A DNA stretch of 64,000 bases from Verrucomicrobiota bacterium (lineage in GTDB: Bacteria; Verrucomicrobiota; Verrucomicrobiia; Opitutales; Coraliomargaritaceae), in assembly GCA_039815375.1 (NCBI GenBank), contig JBCBZJ010000010.1, positions 39,588 to 103,587 of the forward strand, given 5' to 3'. This document shows positions 31,555-42,790 of this stretch, in pieces. Each line of letters opens with the position of its first letter. The first letter of the stretch is position 1. The notes beneath the pieces are model-generated. The model saw only the letters and a list, made by a program, of their open reading frames with translations, was not told the origin of the DNA and ran no database searches. The position numbers and the translations under genes are program-made.

Positions 31555-32663
31555 CGAGCCTTGCGAAAAAGCTGCACTGCCATGGCCAGCATTACTAAAT
31601 TTGGTAGCCAGGCCGCCAGGATGGTAGGAATGATTTGCCGCTCACCGAGAATCGTAGAGGCGCTTACCAGAACGTAAAAAACGGCAAAAAAACCGAGCGC
31701 TTTCGAAACGCCAATCATCGGACTCGTCCGAACGCCCGAAAGAGCAAACGGCACAGCAATGCCAACGACGACCAAACAACTGAAGGGTGCTGCCAGGAGT
31801 GAAAAGTAACGAACTTCATAGGCGTGCACCACTGGATTCTCCTCCGGCGGAACGGTATCGATAATACGATTGAGCTCGAAAAGAGAAAGTTCGTTGGGCT
31901 TCTTGTGCAGGGCTAGCATCAGGCTGGGATCCTCGTTGAAATCTTCGAATGTCTTTTTCTTAAAGGAGAGTGACCTGAGCGGATCGCCCGTCTCTGGATC
32001 GATCAAAAGCTCGCGGCCATCAAGGAAAACCCAACTGCCCTGTGTATCATCAAAGTAGGCTTCCCGCGCTGCAATACGGCTACGTTCGATGCCATTTGCA
32101 TCTCTTGTGTGGACATTCACACCGAGCCCGAGCCACGCACGCTCATTGAAACGGTTCATGAACCAGAGACGGCCATCTTTACGATTATCAAATCCGATAT
32201 TATACAGAAGCGCCTTACGTTCTGCCTCCTCTGCGGTTTCGGCAGAAGCAAAGTCTAGATTTTCGTAGAAAGTCCGCGATTTCTCGACCGCATTCGGCAC
32301 GATCGAAGAAGTCAAATAGAGAAGGAAGGCTGAGAGTAGAAGCCCTACTACCCAGAGCGAACGGCTAATGCGAAAGATGCTGCATCCTGACGCCCGCATC
32401 GCGACGATCTCGTTGTTTCGGTGCAAACTGCTAAGAGAAAAAAGTATCGAGACAAGAAAAGTCACCGGTAGGATAGCCGGTAAATAAGTTGGCAGAGAAA
32501 GCGAGTAGTAGAAAAGCATCTCACCTGCCGAAGCATTCGCATCGATCAGATCAGGCAAGGAGTCATACATATTCTGTAGAATCAAAATCCCAATGATCAC
32601 TCCCAGCGTGAGCACAAAGCCCACCAGCCATTCCTTAAAAATATAGCGATCAATCAGAGACAT
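31551..32663 (-). CDS. LptF/LptG-family LPS export permease
   Basis: LIDRYIFKE, NEIVAMRASG, LAAWLPN; 3+3 TM layout. Confidence 0.88.
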   Translation of the reverse strand: MSLIDRYIFKEWLVGFVLTLGVIIGILILQNMYDSLPDLIDANASAGEMLFYYSLSLPTYLPAILPVTFLVSILFSLSSLHRNNEIVAMRASGCSIFRISRSLWVVGLLLSAFLLYLTSSIVPNAVEKSRTFYENLDFASAETAEEAERKALLYNIGFDNRKDGRLWFMNRFNERAWLGLGVNVHTRDANGIERSRIAAREAYFDDTQGSWVFLDGRELLIDPETGDPLRSLSFKKKTFEDFNEDPSLMLALHKKPNELSLFELNRIIDTVPPEENPVVHAYEVRYFSLLAAPFSCLVVVGIAVPFALSGVRTSPMIGVSKALGFFAVFYVLVSASTILGERQIIPTILAAWLPNLVMLAMAVQLFRKAR

Positions 32664-32782
32664 CTACTTATCTTTTAAGACAGGGCTCCGCCTAAAGTCA
32701 CTTTGTTTGCGAAACTATTTTTCTGGCAAAGAAGTGGCTAATTGAATTGCAGCACACATCTTAAGAAGATGATGATACCAGA

Positions 32783-34306
32783 ATGAAGAAGGCCTATCAC
32801 TACCTTCCCTTTTACTCATTGCTGATCATCGCACTTCCCAACTTCCTTTCTGCAGCGGAGAAGAGCCTTGATGAGAAGATTAATGAAACCGTAGCCCCTT
32901 TGACCGAGTTCATTTTCTCGATCATTTTTTTCTCCCCATTCACAATCGCAGGAAAACCGGTTCCCTTCATCCTTGTCTGGCTGGCCGGAACGGCGCTCTT
33001 CCTCACAGTTTACTTCAAGTTTCTGAATTTCAGATCCTTCGGCCTGGCCTTGAATACAGTCAGAGGTAAGTATTCGAAGCCGGATGACCCAGGAGAGATA
33101 ACTCATTTCCAAGCGCTTACTGCGGCACTTTCTGCGACAGTCGGCCTAGGAAATATTGCAGGAGTCGCTATCGCCATTTCAAAAGGTGGTCCCGGTGCCG
33201 CATTTTGGATGATCATGATCGGGCTAATCGGGATGACTACTAAATTCGCGGAGTGCACGCTTGGAGTGCGATACCGCGACATTGATGAAAATGGCAAGGT
33301 TCACGGGGGCCCCATGAAGTATCTTACCAAAGGGCTCGCAGAACGAGGGCTTGGTCCGCTCGGCAAAGTTTTAGGAATCTCATTCGCTGTGCTCTGTATC
33401 GGAGCCTCACTCGGTGGTGGCAATATGTTCCAGATCAACCAAGCCTGTACACAGTTCATTCAAATCAGTGGAGGCAGCGACAGTATTTTAGCCGACTATC
33501 GCTGGGTCTTCGGTGCGGTCGTGGCCGTTCTCATAGGCATGGTTATTATCGGCGGCATACGGCGGATCGCAAATGTGACGTCTAAATTGGTGCCGCTCAT
33601 GTGTGTCACTTACCTCCTCGGGGCAGCCGCAGTCCTACTGACTCATATTGCAGATGTTCCAGGTGCCATCAGCCTGATCGTAAGTCAGGCCTTTACTCCA
33701 GATGCCTATGTCGGCGGGCTCATCGGTGCACTTCTTGTTGGCATCCAGCGTGGCACTTTCTCAAACGAGGCTGGGATCGGATCGGCTCCGATCGCACACT
33801 CTGCCGTGAGAACCACCAAACCAGCAAGTGAAGGCATCGTTGCGCTTCTGGAGCCCTTCATCGATACGGTCATCGTTTGTAGTATGACCGCTCTGGTAAT
33901 CGTTGTAACTGGCAGTTATGGTGAGTCTTTGAGCGGTGCAAACGGCATTCAGGTTACTTCGAATGCATTTGCCTCAGTCATCGCCTGGTTCCCCTTTGTT
34001 CTTTTTGTGGCCGTCACATTATTTGCATTTTCGACCCTTCTTTCCTGGTCTTATTACGGACAACAGGCTTGGACGACTTTATTCGGCCCGAGTAAACCTG
34101 CCGACTTGTCTTTCAAGATACTCTTCTGCACGTGTATCATCATTGGCGCTGCAATGTCCCTGGGAGCAGTTACCGACTTTTCGGACGGCATGCTGCTGGG
34201 CATGTGCTTCCCTAATTTGATTGGCGTCTATTTGCTACTTCCGGTAGTGAAGAAAGAACTGATTACGTTCAAGGAGCACGCTGCAAAAATCGACAAGCTG
34301 TCTTAA
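32783..34306 (+). CDS. Alanine/glycine:cation symporter (AGCS family)
   Basis: [34 protein letters not shown]. Confidence 0.92.
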   Translation: MKKAYHYLPFYSLLIIALPNFLSAAEKSLDEKINETVAPLTEFIFSIIFFSPFTIAGKPVPFILVWLAGTALFLTVYFKFLNFRSFGLALNTVRGKYSKPDDPGEITHFQALTAALSATVGLGNIAGVAIAISKGGPGAAFWMIMIGLIGMTTKFAECTLGVRYRDIDENGKVHGGPMKYLTKGLAERGLGPLGKVLGISFAVLCIGASLGGGNMFQINQACTQFIQISGGSDSILADYRWVFGAVVAVLIGMVIIGGIRRIANVTSKLVPLMCVTYLLGAAAVLLTHIADVPGAISLIVSQAFTPDAYVGGLIGALLVGIQRGTFSNEAGIGSAPIAHSAVRTTKPASEGIVALLEPFIDTVIVCSMTALVIVVTGSYGESLSGANGIQVTSNAFASVIAWFPFVLFVAVTLFAFSTLLSWSYYGQQAWTTLFGPSKPADLSFKILFCTCIIIGAAMSLGAVTDFSDGMLLGMCFPNLIGVYLLLPVVKKELITFKEHAAKIDKLS

Positions 34307-35661
34307 ACGAAAGCCTTGAGGCGATTGAGCACACGCTCGCGACCCATCACTTCGAGCATCGGCATCAGGTCGGGTCCACCGCTCTGCCCACTGGTCGCAA
34401 ATCGCAAAGAAGGAAAATATGCGAAGACTTTATTACCTCGGGACTCAGCATGCACTTCGAGTGCGTTCTTCAAAGTTTCTGCTGTAAAATCAGCGGTTTC
34501 GAGCACGGGCAGAACCTCAGCAACAAGCGCTTTCGGATCTGCCTTCTTAGCAATTTTCGCAGCAATCTTTTCATCCAAGACGTAGTCATCGGAGAAGAAA
34601 TAGCGCACGTAGTCCGGGAGGTCTTCGAGCGAACGGGCCTTGGGCTGAGCGAGTTCCAGAACCGACTGCAGATAATCCTCGTCTTCGTCTTCAGTAATGA
34701 CACCTGCTTCAGCAAGGATAGGACGGGCTAGATATGTAAAGCTCTCGATGTTCAGCTCACGAAGATATTCGGAATTGAGCGCCGAAAGCTTCTGTTCATC
34801 AAAGCGAGCATTGCCTTTATTGATACCTGGAAAGTCGAAGAGCTCGATAATCTCATCAATATCTATTTTCTCGCGATCATCCTTAGGATTCCAACCGAGC
34901 AGACAGATATAGTTGCGAACTGCTGCAGGAAGAAAACCGCGCTGCTCGTATTCCTCGATCAGAGCACCTTTGTCCCGCTTGCTCATCTTTCCGGGCCCGG
35001 AATCCTTCAGAATGAGGGGGATGTGAGCAAATACCGGCGGCTCCACCCCGAAGGCCCTGAAAAGCTCAACGTGCTTACTGGAGTTGGAGAGGTGGTCTTC
35101 ACCCCGAATCACGTGCGTCATACCCATTGAGATATCGTCAACGACGTTAACGAAATGAAAAACCGGATTGCCATCTTTTCGCACAATCACGAAGTCCATT
35201 TCCTCAGCTCGCTCGACACGTCCACGCACTGCATCATTAATAACTACGGGGGCGGCTTTAACTTTTTCGACCTCGGCCTTCTTGAAATCGTCGTAGGCAG
35301 TGTAGCGCTCCCCCTCGAGCTTGAACCAAATAGCACCGTCTTTCTCATAGGTCCGGCCGGCTTTCGTTAACTTCTGCAGAAACTCGTCATAGATCGATTG
35401 ACGCTCGCTCTGGAAATACGGCCCGTAGTCGCCACCTACCTCAGGTCCCTCGTCCCAGTCGAGCCCAAGCCAGCGCATACCATCTATCAACACCTGTAAT
35501 GCTTCATCCGTATTACGCTCTTTGTCTGTATCCTCAATGCGAAGGATAAACTTTCCACCAGTATGACGTGCGTAGAGCCAGTTAAACAGAGCAGTGCGGG
35601 CACTACCAATGTGGAAAAAGCCAGTAGGACTGGGAGCAAAACGGACACGGATTTCTGACAT
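34303..35661 (-). CDS. gltX: Glutamate--tRNA ligase
   Basis: [32 protein letters not shown] at 35661. Confidence 0.94.
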   Translation of the reverse strand: MSEIRVRFAPSPTGFFHIGSARTALFNWLYARHTGGKFILRIEDTDKERNTDEALQVLIDGMRWLGLDWDEGPEVGGDYGPYFQSERQSIYDEFLQKLTKAGRTYEKDGAIWFKLEGERYTAYDDFKKAEVEKVKAAPVVINDAVRGRVERAEEMDFVIVRKDGNPVFHFVNVVDDISMGMTHVIRGEDHLSNSSKHVELFRAFGVEPPVFAHIPLILKDSGPGKMSKRDKGALIEEYEQRGFLPAAVRNYICLLGWNPKDDREKIDIDEIIELFDFPGINKGNARFDEQKLSALNSEYLRELNIESFTYLARPILAEAGVITEDEDEDYLQSVLELAQPKARSLEDLPDYVRYFFSDDYVLDEKIAAKIAKKADPKALVAEVLPVLETADFTAETLKNALEVHAESRGNKVFAYFPSLRFATSGQSGGPDLMPMLEVMGRERVLNRLKAFV

Positions 35662-35768
35662 GAACGGGCAAATCAAGGGATCAAAGTTTATTGAGTCAAC
35701 GGCAGAGGAGATTTCAAAAGGAAAGCCTGAGTGAATCTATCCTTGTCCTGAAGCGTAGAAGATGTAAT

Positions 35769-37757
35769 ATGAAGTTTCTGTCACCTAGCCTAAACAAACT
35801 CCCAGAAAACCCGCGAAAATTGTTACTTCTGAGCGAGGACCGCTCCGAAGAGCCATTGTTGCGCAAGTATCTCGAAGCGGATCAAGCGCTGAACTACCAA
35901 CTGTTCCACTACAGCGATCTAGAACAGCTTAAGTTCATTGATCTTGAGACTTTTTGTCATGCAGCTCTTGTCGACCTTCGTAACGGATACACAGGAGCAC
36001 AGGCGGCAATCGAGTGGATCGAGAGTCTTCGGTCTCCCGTCGCGCTTATTTGCTTGTGCGATGACCATAAACAACTGCTGAACTACGATTCGGTTGCTCA
36101 CCTTATCGATGATTACATTTTATTCGATAATCTAAAACAGGAGGAGCTTACAACCCGCATCGGCCAAGCCATTCGAAGACATGGCAAGAAGCGTCAACTT
36201 CTCCATGAGCAAGACCTGCTTCATTCGCTGCTCCACAACGTTCCTGACGCAATCTACTTCAAAGATCGACAGTGCAAATTCACTAAAGTGAGTAAAGCGA
36301 TGGCCCATGATTATGGTTATGAACCAAAGAATATCATAGGAAAAAGCGACTTCGATCTCTTCACCGAAGAGCACGCACGGCCGACCTACAATGATGAGCA
36401 AGAAATCATACGGACTGGCGAACCTATTATCGGAAAGCTTGAAAAGGAAACCTTTGAAGATGGCTCAGTAAACTGGGTCACATCTACGAAAATTGCACTG
36501 CGGGATGCACACAAGCGCATCATCGGCACAATGGGGATCTCGAGAAATGTAACAGATCTGAAAAACACCCAGGACAAGTTAGCCGAAGAACACCAATTAT
36601 TGCAGACGATTCTTAACAACCTTCCTGACCGCATTTTCGTAAAAGATCGTGAAGGCCGCTATATCCTGAGCAACAAACATCATATGCGCTTTCTCGGAGT
36701 CGAAAAAGAGAAGGAAGTCATTGGCACAACACTCTACGATCATCTCCCAAAAGAATATGCGGACAAGCCCTTCAAAGAAGACCTCGAGATCATGCGCCGC
36801 GGTATTGGACTGATCAATACTGAAGAGAAAATAGAAAATCCGGACGGAACGACAACTTGGTATTTGACTAGTAAGGTGCCGCTTTTGGACGAATCACAAC
36901 AGTGCTTCGGAGTTGTCGGTATCTCACGGGATGTGAGCATACAGAAGGAAAACGAAAAAAAGCTTCGAGAGACCATTCAGGTTTTGAATGAAACGCAGTT
37001 GCAGCTCATCGAAGCAGAAAAGTTAAAAACAGTGGGTCGTCTCGCTGCTGGTGTCGCCCATGAGGTCAAGAATCCACTCAACGTCGTAACTCTCGGTGCG
37101 GAGTATCTTGAGAACAAAATTACCGAACCAGCCGAGCTCGCAGAGATCGTTAGAGACATGAAACAGGCTATTGAGAAGGCTAATTCAGTCATCTTCGAGT
37201 TACTCGACTATTCCAGCCCTCACGACGTGCGCATGGTGCCAATGGATGTAAACGAATTGATCAATCAGGTTGTCGCCCTCCTCCGCCACAATTTCAGCAA
37301 GGCGGGTATTGAAGTAAGAAAAGAACTAGACTCGAAACTACCTGATATACAAGGCGATGCAGCAAAACTTGAACAAGTCTTCGTAAATCTGTTCCTGAAT
37401 GCAATAAACGCCATGAGGAAGGGAGGCATCCTCGAAATTCGCACCTACTCTGAACGAATGAAAAATGCCGGATCCAATGTATCGAGCCAGATGAGCGAGC
37501 TCTTCCGTGTGGGCGATAAAATCGTCATAATCGAAGTTGCGGATACCGGAACCGGCATAGACAACAAGACTGCAGAAAAGCTCTTCGATCCGTTCTTCTC
37601 AACCAAATCGACTGGAGAAGGAACAGGTCTCGGCCTTTCGGTAGCACGTAGCATCGTAGATATGCATCGAGGCGCTATTAGTCTTGGGAATAGAGGCGAT
37701 GTAAAAGGAGCCCGCGCAACTATTAATTTTCAAGCGGTCTCAAACGAAAATGTTTAA
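35769..37757 (+). CDS. Cytoplasmic PAS-domain histidine kinase (REC-like N-terminus, 2 PAS/PAC, HisKA, HATPase)
   Basis: PDAIYFKD and PDRIFVKD PAS starts, GVAHEVKNPL, FDPFFSTK..GTGLGL; no TM. Confidence 0.9.
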   Translation: MKFLSPSLNKLPENPRKLLLLSEDRSEEPLLRKYLEADQALNYQLFHYSDLEQLKFIDLETFCHAALVDLRNGYTGAQAAIEWIESLRSPVALICLCDDHKQLLNYDSVAHLIDDYILFDNLKQEELTTRIGQAIRRHGKKRQLLHEQDLLHSLLHNVPDAIYFKDRQCKFTKVSKAMAHDYGYEPKNIIGKSDFDLFTEEHARPTYNDEQEIIRTGEPIIGKLEKETFEDGSVNWVTSTKIALRDAHKRIIGTMGISRNVTDLKNTQDKLAEEHQLLQTILNNLPDRIFVKDREGRYILSNKHHMRFLGVEKEKEVIGTTLYDHLPKEYADKPFKEDLEIMRRGIGLINTEEKIENPDGTTTWYLTSKVPLLDESQQCFGVVGISRDVSIQKENEKKLRETIQVLNETQLQLIEAEKLKTVGRLAAGVAHEVKNPLNVVTLGAEYLENKITEPAELAEIVRDMKQAIEKANSVIFELLDYSSPHDVRMVPMDVNELINQVVALLRHNFSKAGIEVRKELDSKLPDIQGDAAKLEQVFVNLFLNAINAMRKGGILEIRTYSERMKNAGSNVSSQMSELFRVGDKIVIIEVADTGTGIDNKTAEKLFDPFFSTKSTGEGTGLGLSVARSIVDMHRGAISLGNRGDVKGARATINFQAVSNENV

Positions 37758-38154
37758 ATTCGGAAAAACCGAAGTTAAGACAAAGACCAAGGTTCTTGTA
37801 ATTGATGACGAAGCCAGCTTCACGAGAATGGTTAAATTGAATCTCGAAGACATGGGCACCTACGAGGTCGAAACCCTTAACGAGAGCTCAAAAACACTTG
37901 AGATGGTCCAGACCTTTGAACCCGATATCGTCTTACTCGATGTTGTGATGCCCGAATTTGACGGCGGTGATGTTGCCACAACCCTACGTTCACGAAGCGC
38001 GACCAAGGACACCCCGATCATTTTCCTTTCCGCCATGGTTTCACAGGCTGAATCACATTTAGGTTTCTATCAGAGCGGTGGTGAACACTTCCTCGCAAAA
38101 CCTGTGTTGACCGAGACACTTTGCGGAGCCATTCAGACCGTCTTGGCAACATGA
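37750..38154 (+). CDS. Single-domain response regulator
   Basis: VLVIDDE, LLDVVMP, FLAKP; overlaps the kinase stop codon. Confidence 0.9.
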   Translation: MFKFGKTEVKTKTKVLVIDDEASFTRMVKLNLEDMGTYEVETLNESSKTLEMVQTFEPDIVLLDVVMPEFDGGDVATTLRSRSATKDTPIIFLSAMVSQAESHLGFYQSGGEHFLAKPVLTETLCGAIQTVLAT

Positions 38155-38207
38155 ACGAATGGTGACTGACGCGCGCAATTCGTAGCCTGCAATACCAGGA
38201 GGAACAA

Positions 38208-38282
<75 letters not shown>

Positions 38283-38329
38283 TTGAAGTAGACGGAGCAA
38301 AATGGCTTTTTAGGCTACAAAGGGTCAAG

Positions 38330-38746
38330 TCAGGAATTCAGGTTCTGCTCCTCAATAAAGTCCTGTAGAATGAGCGCAGCGGCACGGGAATCAATCTCGC
38401 CACTCTTCCGGTCGGGTTTTTTCCTTAGTCCTTTCATCCCCTGCTCTACCGAATGACTGGAAAGACGTTCGTCAATGCGGCAAACTGGCAGTTTGAATCG
38501 CTTTTCCAACTCGTCGATAAACATGTCGACTTCTTTCGCTTTAAAGCCCGCCGAGCCGTCCATATTAAGCGGGTAGCCGACGACCAGACGAACAACTCCC
38601 CGCTCTTGAATAACTGATTCGATCTGCCTCATACGCTCCTTTTTCGAAGACGCCACCGCAGCTTGCAGAGGTAATGCAATCCCTAGCTCGTCTACAAATG
38701 CCAGACCGATCCGTTTCTCTCCCCAATCGATTCCAAGCGTATTCAC
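38330..38746 (-). CDS. ruvX: YqgF/RuvX family nuclease
   Basis: LGIDWGEKRIGLA, VVGYPLNMDG, DERLSS, DSRAAALIL. Confidence 0.92.
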   Translation of the reverse strand: MNTLGIDWGEKRIGLAFVDELGIALPLQAAVASSKKERMRQIESVIQERGVVRLVVGYPLNMDGSAGFKAKEVDMFIDELEKRFKLPVCRIDERLSSHSVEQGMKGLRKKPDRKSGEIDSRAAALILQDFIEEQNLNS

Positions 38747-39834
38747 ATCAAGCTCTTGTAGGCCTCTTTCGCACCGATTGCTTTGACCAGAGCCTTTAGG
38801 TCCTGCGCTTTGTCCTTATGGCAAACCAGTGTGGCATCATCACTTTTTACCACAATCAGGTCTTCAACGCCCAATAGCGCGACGAGGTGATCTTCATCAC
38901 GACAAAACACGATGTTACCTTTTGCATCAGCTAACTCGGCGTTACCACGGATGACATTACCTCCTTCGTCCTCTGGATAGTGACGAGCCACTGCTGGCCA
39001 TTCGCCAACGTCATCCCAATCAAAGCCGGACTCGACCATCACTACATTAGTCGCTTTTTCGATAATCGCATAATCGACCGAAATTTTTTCGAGATCCGGG
39101 TAGTGGTCTGCTAGAAGTGTATCCAAATCCTGCCCCGCTTCGAGACCAGAAGCGACTGCTTGCAGTGCCGTCCACAGTGTCGGCGTGCTCTTTTCCAGCT
39201 CTGCCACAATGGACTGCACCGACCAAATAAACATTCCTGCATTCCAAAAATAATCGCCCGAATCAAGATATCCCTTGGCTGTTTCGAGGTCCGGCTTTTC
39301 AACGAAACGCTTCACATTGAAGACCTCACGACCCGCATAGCTTGCGAGCTTGGCACCCTGCTGGATGTAGCCGTAGCCTGTAGCCGGGAAACTTGCCGTG
39401 ATACCAATCGTCGCCAGGACCGACTCCGCCTCGGCAGCTTGATAAGCGGTTTCAAGTGTCGAGCGTAAGCCTGCCGAATCGTGAATTACAGCATCAGCCG
39501 GAAGCATCGCAAAAGTTGCCTCGGGATTCTCAGCATGGACCAGCACTGCTGCCAAACCAACTGCTGCCGCAGTATCGCGACCCACGGGCTCGCCGATTAC
39601 CTTCGCCGGGTCCAGATCCGGGCAAACCTCAAGGACGGCAGCACGTTGCTCGATATTCGTTATGACAAAGACGTCCTTTACATCGACGAGGCCTTCAAGC
39701 CGATCAACGGTCTGGGCCAACATTGCCTTATCACCGACAATAGGGAGTAATTGCTTAGGGCAGGCAAGCCGACTTTCAGGCCAAAAACGCTCACCGCGCC
39801 CACCGGCCATAATCACAACATAACGATTCGACAT
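38743..39834 (-). CDS. manC: Mannose-1-phosphate guanylyltransferase
   Basis: MAGGRGERFWPESR..PKQ, EPVGRDTA, FVEKPD, WNAGMF, WDDVG. Confidence 0.9.
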   Translation of the reverse strand: MSNRYVVIMAGGRGERFWPESRLACPKQLLPIVGDKAMLAQTVDRLEGLVDVKDVFVITNIEQRAAVLEVCPDLDPAKVIGEPVGRDTAAAVGLAAVLVHAENPEATFAMLPADAVIHDSAGLRSTLETAYQAAEAESVLATIGITASFPATGYGYIQQGAKLASYAGREVFNVKRFVEKPDLETAKGYLDSGDYFWNAGMFIWSVQSIVAELEKSTPTLWTALQAVASGLEAGQDLDTLLADHYPDLEKISVDYAIIEKATNVVMVESGFDWDDVGEWPAVARHYPEDEGGNVIRGNAELADAKGNIVFCRDEDHLVALLGVEDLIVVKSDDATLVCHKDKAQDLKALVKAIGAKEAYKSLM

Positions 39835-39917
39835 ATTGACGATAACTACGATTTAGACATCGCCTTGACAAGACTCGAGTCGTTTGTCGAACAATCCCTA
39901 TTGTAGGCAAATCCTTA

Positions 39918-41069
39918 CTAGACTAAGCGGGCTCCATCGCCTGCACGTGTATGGAAAACCGTGGCTTCGAGACCATGCTTCCCCTGATAAGCTTTCTTCA
40001 CGGAAGCGACTTGCTCCTCGCCGAAGGAATCGCTCGTCAAAGCCATGACCGCACCCCCGAAACCTCCGCCTGTAAGGCGGGCCCCGAAAACGTGTGGCTG
40101 TGAAGTAACACTTTCAAAAATCGTATCCAGCTCCTGAATACTATTCTCGAAGTTGAACATAGAGCTTCGGTGAGAAACTTTGAGGGCGACACCGACTACA
40201 TCCAGATCTTCCGCGTCAAGAGCAGCTTCTACTTCGCGAACACGAGCGTTCTCACCCACGACATGGCTGGCACGTTTGAAGAGTAACTCGTCTACAGTGG
40301 CTGCGGCGTCTTCTAATTGTTCGAGCGAGATATCCGACAGGGTCTTTGCCTCTGGGTAGTGCTTTTGAAGCTGCTCCAGAGCATCATGACACTCCTTGTG
40401 GCGTTCAGCATAGGCAGAATCGACAAGGGCGTGCTTCTTATTCGAGTTGAAGATCCAGAAGTGCGCTCCGGCCGGCATCGGCTTTATCGAAAAATCTTCT
40501 GTTGCACAGTCGATACGAACGAGATGGTTCGCTTGACCAAAAGCAGAGACTCCTTGATCGAGAATGCCGCAAGGCATACCAACGAATTCGTTTTCCGCCT
40601 TTCGGCCAATGCGCGCGAACCCGGCCTTGTCGGTCCTGAAGCCATACAGCGCCGCCAAAGCCTTGGCAGTTGCCAACTCGAATGCAGCACTGCTGCTCAT
40701 GCCTGCACCCGCTGGAAGGTTTGATGCGACCGCAATGCTGTAGCCCGTATCCATTTTCATACCCTCTTCCAAAAGGACCTTAGTCACTCCTGCCGGGTAG
40801 TTCGCCCATGAGCCCTGACCCGCAATTGGTGTTAAATTATCGAGAAGGAGTTTCACTTCCCCACCCTGACTGCTGACGAGATGAATCTCCCGGTCCTCAC
40901 GTTTCGCTACCGCAACGGTGATGCCTTCAGTGACCGCAGCCCCCATTACGAGCCCACCGTTGTAGTCAGTATGGTTTCCGATAAATTCGATACGTCCGGG
41001 AGCAAAAGCAAGTTGCTGGGCTTGGACTCCAAAGGTGCTCTCGAAAACTGAAGAAAGTTGCTTGTTCAT
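39918..41069 (-). CDS. galK: Galactokinase (GHMP kinase)
   Basis: PGRIEFIGNHTDYN, PAGAGMSSSAA, CGILDQ, GARLTGGGFGG. Confidence 0.88.
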   Translation of the reverse strand: MNKQLSSVFESTFGVQAQQLAFAPGRIEFIGNHTDYNGGLVMGAAVTEGITVAVAKREDREIHLVSSQGGEVKLLLDNLTPIAGQGSWANYPAGVTKVLLEEGMKMDTGYSIAVASNLPAGAGMSSSAAFELATAKALAALYGFRTDKAGFARIGRKAENEFVGMPCGILDQGVSAFGQANHLVRIDCATEDFSIKPMPAGAHFWIFNSNKKHALVDSAYAERHKECHDALEQLQKHYPEAKTLSDISLEQLEDAAATVDELLFKRASHVVGENARVREVEAALDAEDLDVVGVALKVSHRSSMFNFENSIQELDTIFESVTSQPHVFGARLTGGGFGGAVMALTSDSFGEEQVASVKKAYQGKHGLEATVFHTRAGDGARLV

Positions 41070-41071
41070 TT

Positions 41072-42739
41072 CTATTTCTCTTTTTTTGACCAGTTATCGC
41101 GGAGCCCTACAGTGCGGTTAAAAACCGGGACTCCCGACTTGGATAGCACACTATCTGCACAGAAATATCCGATGCGCTCGAATTGGCAGGCCTCGCCAGT
41201 CTCGATTTGAGCGACGCACGGCTCGCACAGAGCTGTGCTTTCGGTCAATGACTCAGGGTTTACAAATTCGAGGAAGCTATGTGCCTTATCCGCCTCGGGT
41301 TTTTCCTCGGAAAAGAGTCGGTCAAAGAGACGGACGGGCGCTTTGAATGCGTGGTCTGCACTGACCCAGTGTATCACGCCTTTCACCTTCCGATCTTCGG
41401 GATTCTTACCAAGTGTATCGAGATCAACGCTGCATAGCAATTTCGTGATCTCTCCATCAGCACCTTTTACGACATCTTCGCACCTAATGATATAAGCATG
41501 GCGTAAGCGCACCTCGCCACCTTTCTTTAGGCGGAAGAACTTGCGATTGGCCTCCTCACGGAAGTCTTCCTGCTCAATGTAAATGCGCCTACCAAAAGGA
41601 ATTTTGCGACTGCCCGCAGACGCATCTTCCGGATTGTTATCTCCTTCCAGCTCGAGGATCTCGCCTTCCGCCCAATTCGTCAGCTCAATTTCAAGCGGAT
41701 TCATCACGGCCATACGACGATCGGCAGAGCGATTGAGCTCATCGCGAACGGCGTGCTCAAGCAAAGCAATGTCGCTGGTCGAAGGGGTCTTGGTAATACC
41801 GATAATTTTGCAGAAGTTACGAATCGCAGCGGCAGGATAGCCTCTACGACGCATGCCGGAGAGCGTTGGCATACGCGGATCGTTCCAACCTTCGACGTGA
41901 CCGCCTTCAACAAGTTCACGCAGCTTACGTTTGCTGACGACGGTATAGGTCATGTTGAGACGAGCAAACTCGGTTTGCTTGGATGGGAAGATGCAAAGCT
42001 TGTCGATGAACCAATCGTAGAGTGGGCGATGGTCTTCGAATTCAAGCGAGCAAAGGGAATGCGTCACCTCTTCCAATGAATCACTCTGTCCGTGAGTGAA
42101 ATCATAGCTGGGATAGATCGGCCAATTGTCACCGACACGATGGTGATGCATTCGCTTTATCCGATACATGACCGGGTCGCGCATATTCATGTTCGGATGC
42201 GCCATATCAATTTTGGCTCGAAGCACCATCTTGCCGTCTTCGAAATCCCCTGCGCGCATGCGTCTGAGAAGATCAACACTCTCTTTGGCCGGGCGATCGC
42301 GGTATGGGCTATTTGTGCCCGCCTCTGTAATGGTGCCCCGATATTCGCGCATCTCATCAGGGCTCAACTCGTCGATATAGGCATCGCCGGACTCAATCAG
42401 CTGTATCGCCCACTGGAAAAGCTGCTCGAAATAGTCACTCGCGAAACAGACTTTTGCCCAATCATAACCAAGCCATTTAATGTCCTCCTGAATGGCTTGG
42501 ACAAATTCATCACTCTCCTTCTCGGGATTGGTATCGTCGAAGCGCAGGTTACAAAGTCCGCCAAACTCTTTCGCAATTTCAAAATTCAGACAGATCGCTT
42601 TGGCATGCCCGATCTGCAGGTATCCATTCGGCTCCGGAGGAAAGCGCGTCTGGACTCGCCCCCCATGCTTACCGGCAGCCACGTCAGCGGCTACCATTTG
42701 GCGAATGAAGTCGGTTGGATTTTCTGCGTTGTCAGACAT
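41072..42739 (-). CDS. glnS: Glutamine--tRNA ligase
   Basis: TRFPPEPNGYL, RFDDTNP, VSKRK, WNDPRMPT, QFERIGYF. Confidence 0.95.
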   Translation of the reverse strand: MSDNAENPTDFIRQMVAADVAAGKHGGRVQTRFPPEPNGYLQIGHAKAICLNFEIAKEFGGLCNLRFDDTNPEKESDEFVQAIQEDIKWLGYDWAKVCFASDYFEQLFQWAIQLIESGDAYIDELSPDEMREYRGTITEAGTNSPYRDRPAKESVDLLRRMRAGDFEDGKMVLRAKIDMAHPNMNMRDPVMYRIKRMHHHRVGDNWPIYPSYDFTHGQSDSLEEVTHSLCSLEFEDHRPLYDWFIDKLCIFPSKQTEFARLNMTYTVVSKRKLRELVEGGHVEGWNDPRMPTLSGMRRRGYPAAAIRNFCKIIGITKTPSTSDIALLEHAVRDELNRSADRRMAVMNPLEIELTNWAEGEILELEGDNNPEDASAGSRKIPFGRRIYIEQEDFREEANRKFFRLKKGGEVRLRHAYIIRCEDVVKGADGEITKLLCSVDLDTLGKNPEDRKVKGVIHWVSADHAFKAPVRLFDRLFSEEKPEADKAHSFLEFVNPESLTESTALCEPCVAQIETGEACQFERIGYFCADSVLSKSGVPVFNRTVGLRDNWSKKEK

Positions 42740-42790
42740 ATACTGCCCAAGGAAAAACCGCCAATGCGCGTTCCGCCAGAAAAATATCCT

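Noticed and set aside
39866..39891. Imperfect palindrome GACAAGACTCGAGTCGTTTGTC between galK and manC
   Set aside because: Single occurrence, no U-tract and no linked regulator; no function can be supported.
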